Positions 1-7,831 of a stretch of DNA of 15,650 nucleotides are shown in pieces. The DNA lies in contig JAOPTX010000115.1 in the NCBI GenBank assembly GCA_051532055.1, positions 6,064-21,713 on the forward strand, in the 5' to 3' direction. The stretch comes from Fibrobacterales bacterium (lineage in GTDB: Bacteria > Fibrobacterota > Fibrobacteria > Fibrobacterales > JAOPTW01). The number at the start of each line of letters is the position of its first letter. The stretch's first letter is position 1. A program made the position numbers and the translations under genes. The notes under the pieces were generated by a model. It made no database searches. It was not told the DNA's origin and saw only the letters and a program-made list of their open reading frames with translations.

Positions 1-22
1 AAAAGTTACTCGGAACACGGTG

Positions 23-38
23 CCCCCCCCCCCCCCCC
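23..38 (+). repeat. C16 homopolymer (G16 on minus strand)
   Basis: 16 consecutive C read directly from the sequence. Confidence 0.9.
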
Positions 39-310
39 TTGTCTCAGGTCAAAATGTCCGCCGAATCCAGGCGAATATCAGAGGGCTGGATAAACCTGAA
101 TTCTGTGTACACCTCTGGACATGTTCTTGAACTTTTTGTATGCGGGGTGGCTTTTGCCCGAGTGATCCGGTAAGGGTAGGTTAGCACTGGAGGTTGCAGT
201 GTGCTCCTAGGGAGTGGTCAATGACGTACTCAGTATCTTTGTTTTTACCAGAGAAGTATGGAATGTTGGGTACTTCTCTCGGTGGTGGACATAGGAATGG
301 GATGTGTTCG

Positions 311-335
311 AACTGTCAAGTATTTCTTGACAGTT
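311..335. repeat. Perfect 10-5-10 palindrome, possible remnant of a RhuM-family gene or operator
   Basis: AACTGTCAAG-TATTT-CTTGACAGTT. The minus strand across it reads EATVKKYLTVRT, resembling the RhuM-family motif (EATxxKxxxVxxEG, from memory). The palindrome is certain; the RhuM origin is inference. Confidence 0.55.
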
Positions 336-661
336 GCTTCTCCTCGCCAATAGTTACCACTCTCCTTTGTATTCATCTGTCGATCCATCTTTTTATATTG
401 GTGTGGGTACAAAATTATTCTAACAACTGATTATGGAATCGGTGACCTCTCATTGCATCTGAGTCATAACCTCTATTCAGAACTTGAAAAAATACGCCTC
501 CCGAATGTTAGGCTATCGGTTAATGGTTATGGTGGCCCAAGAGTAACTTCATAAACATTAATACCTATTTTATATATTCCATGGGATGAAGGAAATATAT
601 GCATCTCGTATATACTCGTTATTTACGGACTTGTTTGAAATTTCCTATATCTATAGTTGGC

Positions 662-1744
662 TTAAGACTTTAAAATTGCCATTAAGGAATCATTGATAAA
701 AATATTCTCTTTACCAATTTTTGTTTTTGTGAGAAGTCCTAGGTCTGTCAGTTGATCTAGATGACGAGCTGCTGCTTTTCTTTCAACACCTGTATTTCTT
801 GTTATAAATTCAATCTTACAATAAGGGTTTTCGAATAATGTTTCAACAAGTTCTTTTGAATATATTCTAGGTTTTTCGGTTCTAATTTTCTCTATCATAT
901 CATCAAGAGTAATTTTTATTTTCTGGACTTTTTTAGTTGTCTCTTCTGAAACAACTTTAATGCCTTGCAAAATATAGAGAATCCACTGCTCCCACGTCTC
1001 GTTTATATTAACGTCATTTAATAGTCGATAATATTCAGCTTTATTTCTTGTAATAAACGAACTCAAATATAATATTGGAACATCAAGAAAATCCTTAGAC
1101 ATTAAATACAGGATATTCAAAAGACGCCCAGTTCGACCATTACCATCATAGTATGGGTGAATTGACTCAAATTGAAAATGTAGGATAGCAAGATTGATCA
1201 GAGTAGAATCACAAGTATTAAAAAACTCAATGACATTACTCACCATATTGGATAAATATTGTGGCTCTGGTGGTGTGTACACGATCTTATTGGTTGTATC
1301 ATTTATCAATTGTGCACCAGGAGTTTTCCGAATCCCTGCATTGTTCCCTATTAAAATTGATTGAATTTTATCTATGTCACTAGCGCGTAGGAAGCCTTTT
1401 TCTTTAATCATTTCAGCACCTGCAAAGAGAGCTTCGCGATACAGAATCACTTCCTTAGTTTGTGAATCACTGTTTTTTGAACCTGCAGAAATTCCTTGAT
1501 ACAGCTTATCTCGAGTTGTTATGATATTCTCAATTTCGGAACTAGCTTGGGCTTCTTGCAAAACAACAGCATTGATAAGAATCGATTGATTAGGAATAAT
1601 ACGAGCCATTCCCTTCAACTCTGCAAGTGCTGAACGTGCATCAGCTTCAGCTTTCCATATTTTAAGATTGGAGTAAGAGGCCTCCCCAGGAGGGATGTGC
1701 GGAAGGTCATTAAATGGTTTTTCTGGTACACATTGTATAGTCAT
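662..1744 (-). CDS. fic: Fic-family protein adenylyltransferase, SoFic (SO4266)-like, with N-terminal inhibitory helix and probable C-terminal winged HTH
   Basis: Fic motif HPYYDGNGRTGR; inhibitory motif SSEIEN; N-terminal ARSALAELKG..IPNQSILIN..LQEAQASSEIENI typical of SoFic; C-terminal ERKAAARHLDQLTDLGLL HTH-like. Confidence 0.95.
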   Translation of the reverse strand: MTIQCVPEKPFNDLPHIPPGEASYSNLKIWKAEADARSALAELKGMARIIPNQSILINAVVLQEAQASSEIENIITTRDKLYQGISAGSKNSDSQTKEVILYREALFAGAEMIKEKGFLRASDIDKIQSILIGNNAGIRKTPGAQLINDTTNKIVYTPPEPQYLSNMVSNVIEFFNTCDSTLINLAILHFQFESIHPYYDGNGRTGRLLNILYLMSKDFLDVPILYLSSFITRNKAEYYRLLNDVNINETWEQWILYILQGIKVVSEETTKKVQKIKITLDDMIEKIRTEKPRIYSKELVETLFENPYCKIEFITRNTGVERKAAARHLDQLTDLGLLTKTKIGKENIFINDSLMAILKS

Positions 1745-1769
1745 GTACCAATAATAGCATTATTGGTAC
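1745..1769. promoter_or_regulatory. Operator 1 upstream of fic (11-bp perfect inverted repeat) overlapping a putative extended -10
   Basis: GTACCAATAAT-AGC-ATTATTGGTAC abutting the ATG. Minus strand has TGcTATTAT (1759-1751) 6 nt before the ATG and no SD. Confidence 0.7.
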
Positions 1770-1783
1770 TCGAAAACTAGTAT

Positions 1784-1814
1784 TATGTACCGTTTTAATC
1801 ATTTTTGGTACATA
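1784..1814. promoter_or_regulatory. Operator 2 upstream of fic
   Basis: TATGTACC-N15-GGTACATA; same GTACC-N15-GGTAC geometry as operator 1. Confidence 0.65.
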
Positions 1815-1830
1815 TAGTTACTCGCAATAA

Positions 1831-2199
1831 CAACTCTCATTTTCTGATGGGCAAGCAGGGTTTAATACGCTCGATACAGAGTTCTACCCAATGAACAGAT
1901 ATTTGGTGGAACTCGCTGGGCATCACTACCTTAGAATGTTTAATGAAATGACGCAACTACGGTATGGGGTCTCGGCTCAGTACTTACCTTCGAATCATTC
2001 AGAGATTACACCCTACAATGTTTCACTCTTTGGGAGCTTTACCTATCCTTCGGGGCTCGGCTTGTTTGTAAAGGCAGAGAAGGGGCAAGACCTTTATAAC
2101 GTTCGGATGGTTGATGATATCTTTCGTGTGCTTAATGGGATATCCCTTACCTTTAGTGCAAGCCAACCGCCGTATCTTGAGGTTGGTTATCCTGAGTGA
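1831..2199 (+). pseudogene. Possible 3' remnant of an outer-membrane beta-barrel protein gene
   Basis: Frame is open from 1831 without a good RBS. It has alternating beta-strand-like segments and a GLFVKAEKGQDLYNVRM..RVLNGISLTF end reminiscent of OMPLA-like barrels. Weak. Confidence 0.25.
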
Positions 2200-2224
2200 T
2201 TTTTTTTTATTTATGATTAGTTCC

Positions 2225-2278
2225 CGGGGTCTTCTACCCCAGACCCCGACTCAAGAGTACGCCGAAGCGCGCACTCTT
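2225..2278. repeat. REP/MITE-like GC-rich double hairpin
   Basis: CGGGGTCT-N8-AGACCCCG (2225-2248) followed by AAGAGTACGC...GCGCACTCTT (2253-2278, 1 mismatch). Confidence 0.55.
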
Positions 2279-2466
2279 AAGGATCTCGCGCTTCTCTTGC
2301 AGAGAGCTGGAACACATGGCTACTTGGATATTGGCTCGGGGCTGGTCGCACACAAGTGTGCTGCTCGCCCAAGCAGCCTGGGGAGCGTAATCCCCCCTTC
2401 ATTTTAGTTTGGGTTAGATTGGGTGATATTAGTTTAGGGGATCAACGCGGATGTGTTGTGTTAAGC

Positions 2467-2546
2467 TGCTTCGCACTGGAGGTTCAGACGCAGGATTCTT
2501 TATAGAAGTTTTGCGTCTGAATAATCTTTTACCCATGTGCGAAGCA
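2467..2546. other. Long nested stem-loop (unknown structured element)
   Basis: TGCTTCGCAC/GTGCGAAGCA (2467-76/2537-46) enclosing TTCAGACGCA/TGCGTCTGAA (2483-92/2512-21), both perfect 10-bp stems. Confidence 0.7.
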
Positions 2547-2765
2547 CATATTACATTACAACCGCGGTCTTGCATAACGATACCATACAATGAAGTACAG
2601 ATTGTCCCATACACAACTGCAAGGTTAAAGCTATACCATGTGCATGATGATATTTTATGCTCAGAAAGGGAGCTACCAATTAACTCAAATTAGGTACAGA
2701 TCAGTGTAACCTGGTTCAGATGTACAAAGCATTTGTAATGAAGCTCTCAGCAGAGTGCCTTTTGT

Positions 2766-2818
2766 CCAGTCTTTTGGGCACCCAAAAGGTCTGGTCGCAT
2801 CCAGGGGCGACCCCCTGG
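2766..2818. repeat. REP/MITE-like terminal double hairpin
   Basis: CCAGTCTTTTGG-GCAC-CCAAAAGGTCTGG, then TCGCAT, then CCAGGGG-CGAC-CCCCTGG. Resembles ends of widespread intergenic palindromic elements and lies just upstream of the PLD truncation point. Confidence 0.55.
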
Positions 2819-2861
2819 GGACTAAATGAAAAGAAAAAAGAAAAAAATATTACCAGAAATT

Positions 2862-3050
2862 AAGTACACCGTGCTTGATGATGCGGTCACTATCTTTGGG
2901 TCGTTTAATTATACGGAGCCCGCTAACCGGACTAACGATGAGAATATTGTTATTGTGGGTGATGTGTTTGAGGGTAATGCGGTTGCACGGGAAAGGCAGG
3001 GGGAGGTTGCGGTTGCTTGTCGGGGGGAGATTGAGCGGTTTAATAGATAG
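2862..3050 (+). pseudogene. C-terminal fragment of a phospholipase D (HKD)-family protein
   Basis: KYTVLDDAVTIFGSFNYTEPANRTNDENIVIV matches HxKxxxxD-x6-GSxN...NDEN, but the catalytic His and everything upstream are replaced by an A-rich tract. Confidence 0.8.
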
Positions 3051-3102
3051 AGTTTTGTAAGTAGGGAGGGATTTTTTTGTCATAGTCAGCAATACCTTGC
3101 CC

Positions 3103-3172
3103 TCCCTGTCTTATCATCAAGCACTTGTCTTTCGGGATGGGTGCTTTATTATTTTGGGGTAGAATGGGGTAG
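3103..3172 (+). repeat. 70-bp direct repeat copy 1 containing an intrinsic terminator
   Basis: 63/70 identical to 4963-5032; stem AAGCACTTGTCT-TTCG-GGATGGGTGCTT followed by a T-rich tract. Confidence 0.9.
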
Positions 3173-3213
3173 GTCCTTTAGTGTCTAATTTATAAGGCAT
3201 GAGGCGAATTGTG

Positions 3214-3233
3214 AGCATTACTGACACAACTAG
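3214..3233 (+). mobile_element. attI-like site, degenerate copy
   Basis: AGCATTACTGACACAACTAG is 18/20 identical to the 5109-5167 site once the 39 bp between its two TTGCTGAC repeats are removed. Confidence 0.45.
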
Positions 3234-3437
3234 GTAAAGGGTATAATGATAGAGGTTGTCTAGAAGAATCAACTAAATAGCGTCATGAAGGATTATAAAT
3301 TACTTCCTATACTTCACCATCTTAGCGGCTTTAATTTTATTTCCGATATAGTTTTGAATAAGTTATATTACTTTGTCCTTACTTTGTAGAATATTGGTGA
3401 CAAAAATTTCATACTAATGAGTGTATCTTTTATATAT

Positions 3438-3456
3438 GCCTAATTAACAGTTGGGC
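3438..3456 (+). mobile_element. Candidate simple recombination site (7-5-7, attI-like) directly upstream of the first cargo gene
   Basis: GCCTAAT-TAACA-GTTGGGC; GTTRRRY core 19 nt before the ATG; GTTGG is complementary to CCAAC of the downstream attC-like site. Confidence 0.35.
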
Positions 3457-3468
3457 CAGGGATGTAAA

Positions 3469-4317
3469 ATGGATAAGAAAGTGTTATTTGAAATGTATAG
3501 ATATCAACTATTACCAATAGATAGATATCTACAGATGGATTTGTTAACGGATATCAAGTCAATTGAAGACCTTATAAATGAGAAAAATAACATTTTTGAT
3601 AGAGTTCTATCAGAGACGCATGAGTTTAAATATTCTAGGACGGAATTAGAGACGCAAAAAATATATGGAGAGGATGACTTTTTTCTTTTTCAAATAGCTG
3701 TCAATAAAAATGTAGTTATAGAAACCCGTGATTTTAAAGATAAAGTAGTTGATAGTTGGCCTAAGTTTTTTGTAGCTGTGTGGAATAAATCTGATAAACA
3801 GTATATAGCTGTACAAAAAAAATATACAGCATTTAAAGAAACTAAATCTGTTGTAAAACTAATATTTGAGTCATTAAAAGAATCATTGAAAAAACATCAT
3901 CTCACTACTGAAATAGAACCAATGTTTGAAAGTAAAATGTTTTGGGATATGGTTAATCGTCATGAAGGGAAAATTAAAAATGTAAAATTTGAATTTATAA
4001 CGCCTAATATGGCAAATATATCTTCTACATTAAGCGATGAATTAAAAAGTGTTGCAAAAATGACAAACTCAACACATAACAGTCTTAAACTTGAATCAAA
4101 CGATGAATCGTCGCTTAAAATTGATAAAGAAAATGAGTCTTTGAATGGCTTAATTGAATATAGTAGTGAAGGTGGTGGAGAAATATCCATTAAAGTTAAA
4201 GGAATGAGTAAGAGACTTAAAACAAGTAACACAGTTAAAGAAATATCCATAGACGAAGCAACTATTCAAGGAAACCCCGAAACAGTAGTAAACATATTGA
4301 AGGCAATAATGGAATGA
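3469..4317 (+). CDS. Uncharacterised soluble protein (282 aa), possibly DUF4747-like; first gene of a two-gene operon
   Basis: Long AT-rich ORF; AGGGA SD before ATG 3469 (preferred to TTG 3451); FW..I..VKFEFITPN and Y..EGGG motifs; ATGA overlap with the next gene. Confidence 0.85.
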   Translation: MDKKVLFEMYRYQLLPIDRYLQMDLLTDIKSIEDLINEKNNIFDRVLSETHEFKYSRTELETQKIYGEDDFFLFQIAVNKNVVIETRDFKDKVVDSWPKFFVAVWNKSDKQYIAVQKKYTAFKETKSVVKLIFESLKESLKKHHLTTEIEPMFESKMFWDMVNRHEGKIKNVKFEFITPNMANISSTLSDELKSVAKMTNSTHNSLKLESNDESSLKIDKENESLNGLIEYSSEGGGEISIKVKGMSKRLKTSNTVKEISIDEATIQGNPETVVNILKAIME

Positions 4318-4763
4318 TTAGGCAGATATTAAAAAATTCATTTTTATCACTTGGTGTGGGTTTCGTAGCGGCAATAGTCTGTTCTGCTATTGAATCAGAT
4401 TATTTACTTAAGTATTTAGAAGGTAATTTAATAACAGTTTTGGTTGCTTTATTAGCTATTAATACTACAACATTAGGTATCGTACTCGTAAAAATTAGAG
4501 ATATGGTAGATAGTAAAAATATCAATGAAGGGTCATTCGAAGAAACTAAGAAACAAATGAAATTATCTGTTACTGAACAAATAGGTTTGATTGTTTGTGC
4601 ATTAATATTTTTGGTAGCTCGAACCTCACAAGTACCATGTAGTATAACTCATATAAATCTATTGTTTGACTCAGCTATAATAGCTGTCTTTGTTTATGGT
4701 ATTACTATTCTGTATGATACAGCGAATAGTGTTTTTGTATTGTTAGAATTAGGAAAAGAATAA
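4314..4763 (+). CDS. Uncharacterised 4-TM membrane protein (149 aa), translationally coupled
   Basis: Four hydrophobic segments; 4-nt ATGA overlap with the upstream gene. Confidence 0.85.
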   Translation: MIRQILKNSFLSLGVGFVAAIVCSAIESDYLLKYLEGNLITVLVALLAINTTTLGIVLVKIRDMVDSKNINEGSFEETKKQMKLSVTEQIGLIVCALIFLVARTSQVPCSITHINLLFDSAIIAVFVYGITILYDTANSVFVLLELGKE

Positions 4764-4868
4764 CAGGGTAATACTCTGTTACTAATGTCACTCTGCCGTC
4801 CTGGGTTTCTTTCAATTTAGAAAATATTATAATGTATATCATTCCAAGGCATGATCATTGCAACGCTC

Positions 4869-4947
4869 TACCAACACCCGAAACACCCAGTATTTTTTCT
4901 ATGCGCTGAAGTGCAAAAATGCTGCGTACATTCTTCAGACGTTAGCG
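4869..4947 (+). mobile_element. attC-like site A (degenerate)
   Basis: TACCAAC...GTTAGCG. Arms match site B at 15/18 (CAACAsCCGAArCACsCA) and 18/22 (CTGCGTACrTTCnnCArACGTT). Internal stem CAGTATTTTT/AAAAATGCTG. Confidence 0.7.
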
Positions 4948-4962
4948 ACCGTCCTCCAGGCA

Positions 4963-5032
4963 TCCCTCTCTTATCATCAAGCACTCATCTTTCGGGATGA
5001 GTGCTTTTGTGTTTTGGGGTAGAATGGGGTAG
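4963..5032 (+). repeat. 70-bp direct repeat copy 2 containing an intrinsic terminator
   Basis: AAGCACTCATCT-TTCG-GGATGAGTGCTT then TTGTGTTTT. The three stem differences from copy 1 all swap Watson-Crick for G-U pairs, so pairing is preserved. Confidence 0.9.
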
Positions 5033-5106
5033 TGGTGTGGGGTATTTGTTGTGGGAGACTAGTACTTTTGGGCTATTGTGGGGGTGGGAATATATATTTA
5101 TGTTTA

Positions 5107-5173
5107 TCAGCATTGCTGACTTTCTATTGAATGGTGGATAAGGAAGCAGTTTTGCTGACACAAATAGTTGAGG
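5107..5173 (+). mobile_element. attI-like site: TCAGCA-T-TGCTGA palindrome, two TTGCTGAC direct repeats, 7-nt spacer, GTT crossover
   Basis: TTGCTGAC at 5113-5120 and 5152-5159, then ACAAATA-GTTGAGG. The GTT at 5167 is independently marked as a cassette start by a 22-bp inverted repeat with 7817-7838. Confidence 0.6.
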
Positions 5174-5257
5174 CTAATTTCAAAGGGCAGGTAAGTTTTC
5201 TAGTAATAATAATATTTATGGTTTATATATTTATAATAGGGTTTTATAGGTTTTCAT

Positions 5258-6343
5258 GTGAATAAAAGATTTATCCATAATACATTTAGTTTCATTTTTA
5301 CAATTATAATTACAGTAGCTTTAGGGGACTATTTATTTGCCCCCTTATGGGAGCTATGTAATCAATATTCAAGTCATGTGTTTATTGAACTTTTATTTGT
5401 TAATATTTCTAATCCGTTAAATTTACTAATTAGTATAGCGGTTTTAGTTTTGCTCATTTCTGCGGGATATATAAAATTCCTCGGCCTGTATAAAAAGGTG
5501 ATAATGACACCTTGGGGATTTAAAAACTGGCTACATGGTATTTTAGTTGGGTTTCCAATTATGTTGGGAATAATTGTATTCAATAATATTCATTATTTAC
5601 AGTCCGCTAAATACTTTAATGGTGACTATATAGTCTTTTCAGCTTTTGTATTTAGTATAATTTTAGCTTTACAAAAAAATTATTGCCGCATATTTAATAA
5701 AGAAGTATGCGAGAATAATGACGAGGATGAATTTATAGACTATAGCCAGATTGTTGATGAATTATATCAGAACATAAAATTGTCATTTAAAAATAATGGC
5801 GGTACAATTGGATTGTATGGAGTAAATGGAATTGGGAAAACATACACCTTAAAGCTACTAGAAGAAAAAATTCCAGAGCTTAAGGATAATATTCTTGTTT
5901 CGAAATTTGATCCATTTAATTACTCAAATGAAGTTGAAATGGTAAAAAATTTCCATCTTTCGATACTTAAAAGAATATCGGAAAATTATTTACTTCCCGG
6001 ATTTAATTCGCTAACAGATGATTTTCTGAAAATTATCTACGGTACAACAGCTAAATTTCCGAGTTTCAATTTTAATCTGAGTAGCATATTTGATAAATAT
6101 GGTTTGTCAAAAAAAGGGATTGAAAGTCATAGGCAGATTGTTGAAGATTACCTATCCAGTATGAATATAAAGATACTTGTAATAGTAGATGATATTGATC
6201 GTTGTAGTATGAAAAAGCGGTATGCACTTTTTCAGGCACTTGAAGTGCTAAGAGCAATTAAAAATGTGACTATAATTATATCTGCCTCTTCGGAAGAATT
6301 ATTTCAACAAAAAGACACAACTCCAATTTCAATAATTGAGTAA
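5258..6343 (+). CDS. KAP-family P-loop NTPase, N-terminal part with about 4 TM helices
   Basis: N-terminal hydrophobic helices; Walker A IGLYGVNGIGKT; FDPFNY (KAP FNPW-like); Walker B ILVIVDDIDRC. Confidence 0.88.
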   Translation: MNKRFIHNTFSFIFTIIITVALGDYLFAPLWELCNQYSSHVFIELLFVNISNPLNLLISIAVLVLLISAGYIKFLGLYKKVIMTPWGFKNWLHGILVGFPIMLGIIVFNNIHYLQSAKYFNGDYIVFSAFVFSIILALQKNYCRIFNKEVCENNDEDEFIDYSQIVDELYQNIKLSFKNNGGTIGLYGVNGIGKTYTLKLLEEKIPELKDNILVSKFDPFNYSNEVEMVKNFHLSILKRISENYLLPGFNSLTDDFLKIIYGTTAKFPSFNFNLSSIFDKYGLSKKGIESHRQIVEDYLSSMNIKILVIVDDIDRCSMKKRYALFQALEVLRAIKNVTIIISASSEELFQQKDTTPISIIE

Positions 6344-6346
6344 ATT

Positions 6347-7789
6347 ATGTTTACAAAAAAAGAAAGATATTTAGAGCGCTTCTTCGACTCTCAAATAACC
6401 ATACCACTATTAAGCGGTGAAAAATGGTATAACTACTTTAATAATAAGGCAGATAAGGTAATTAGAGAATACGAATTAGATTTATTGCCTTCAGATGTAA
6501 AAAATATAAGTGAAAGCCTGGAACCTTTTATTCAGTATATTTCAGAATTACTTAATACGCCTAGATTGATAAAATCTTTTATAAAACATTTTGAATATAA
6601 AATTTCTGGTATTTCTTCAGATGTAAGATTAAAAGAGCTTGTATGTTTGTCTGTAATTCATGCTTCTAATATTAAATTATTTGAATGGATACAGAATAAC
6701 CGAATTTTATTGATTGATCCCGGTTCTGCAAGTGATGAAATGTGGGCAGTACAGCAGTTGATCCACTCTTCCGAAGATTCCAATGATAAGGATACGATAA
6801 TTGAAAAAGAATTAAAAAAAATTAGGGCTAGCTCTATTGAAATTGAGTTTATCAAAAAAATATTTGGAAATGAAGTTAAGTCAATTGACGAAAACCTTGA
6901 ATATGCGAATTACGAAAAATCCATTTGTAATAGCCATATGTTTGCTTGTTATTTTTTCAGAAAATCGCTGCCTATATTATACACCAATTCTGGTCAAATA
7001 CAGTTTATTGAATTTCTAAAATCTAATAGAGGAAAAATAGACGAAATATATGAATATACAGAACAAGAGTATTTGAACTGTGAAAACCAAGCTGATAAAG
7101 ATTTAATTGCATCAAAATTACGGGAATTTATAACCACATTAGAACCAGCGAATGCAAAAGATGTTTGCATTATATTGGGCATATTAGCAAAGAAATATGT
7201 AAGTGAAAGTATTTTCCAAGCTGGGAAAAGATTTTTTGCCTATTCTACTTTTAGTTTTCTCAATAGAGAAGATGTAGATAACAATATGGCCATCAGTTTT
7301 TTAAATGAATTATTTAGAAATCCAGTATCCCATGACTTTTATGCTGTACTAGCGTTTTACTTTTTTAGAGCTGACGAAAAAAGGAAAGAAAAACAAATAA
7401 GAAAGAATTATGACCCTTCATTTACGCAAGAACTTAAAAAATTGTTTGTATATAAATGTAAGGATGTTTTTTATACTAACGAAACGCCAAATGATTTGTT
7501 TGATGAGAATGTCTCAGATTCTCCAATGCAAATGATATATAGGTGGAACGATCTTACGGATGATAATAAGCATCAAGACTATATTATATCTTTTATTGAA
7601 GTCAATAAAGACAATCTATCAAAGTTAATTGATAAAGTAAGGTCTGAAGAGCAGAGTTCACTTGAGTTATTATTGCCACTTAATGTATGGACAAAATACT
7701 TAGGGAAGTATAAACTGTATAATAATTTAACTGACCATCATGTAGATTTTCTGAGAAGGGTTTCCCAAGGTCAGTACTCTAAGTGGTAG
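6347..7789 (+). CDS. KAP-family NTPase, C-terminal part (same frame, after an in-frame TAA)
   Basis: YLERFFDSQITIP (KAP YLEK..Q...lP motif) and NTPRLIKSFI (NPR motif); junction reads GAG TAA ATT ATG. Confidence 0.82.
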   Translation: MFTKKERYLERFFDSQITIPLLSGEKWYNYFNNKADKVIREYELDLLPSDVKNISESLEPFIQYISELLNTPRLIKSFIKHFEYKISGISSDVRLKELVCLSVIHASNIKLFEWIQNNRILLIDPGSASDEMWAVQQLIHSSEDSNDKDTIIEKELKKIRASSIEIEFIKKIFGNEVKSIDENLEYANYEKSICNSHMFACYFFRKSLPILYTNSGQIQFIEFLKSNRGKIDEIYEYTEQEYLNCENQADKDLIASKLREFITTLEPANAKDVCIILGILAKKYVSESIFQAGKRFFAYSTFSFLNREDVDNNMAISFLNELFRNPVSHDFYAVLAFYFFRADEKRKEKQIRKNYDPSFTQELKKLFVYKCKDVFYTNETPNDLFDENVSDSPMQMIYRWNDLTDDNKHQDYIISFIEVNKDNLSKLIDKVRSEEQSSLELLLPLNVWTKYLGKYKLYNNLTDHHVDFLRRVSQGQYSKW

Positions 7790-7831
7790 AAATAATATTG
7801 GAAAAGTGTAGTGATAGCCCTTTGAAACTAG

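Noticed and set aside
45..280. Known riboswitch or ribozyme (glycine, lysine, yybP, HDV-like)
   Set aside because: Several short stems exist (e.g. AGAGAAGTA/TACTTCTCT) but the conserved motifs are absent or out of order
194..430. 78-aa ORF
   Set aside because: TTG start, no recognisable motif, overlaps palindromic non-coding sequence
2433..2445. 13-bp inverted match to 13631-13643 (TTGATCCCCTAAA)
   Set aside because: Flanks do not align; compatible with chance
2490..2535. c-di-GMP-I riboswitch on the minus strand (GGTAAA...GACGCAAAAC)
   Set aside because: Lacks the GNRA-capped P2 stem and the P3 receptor
2111..2693. Short ORFs 2111-2407, 2429-2614, 2451-2693
   Set aside because: They run through hairpin/repeat DNA and have no protein-like features
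4761..4781. TAACAGGGTA-A-TACTCTGTTA hairpin on the stop codon as an attC
   Set aside because: Too short to contain L boxes; could be a collapsed site or a simple hairpin, not supportable
4941..5032. tRNA/tmRNA/5S 3'-end duplication as the origin of the 70-bp repeat
   Set aside because: No T-arm, CCA end or convincing 5S similarity
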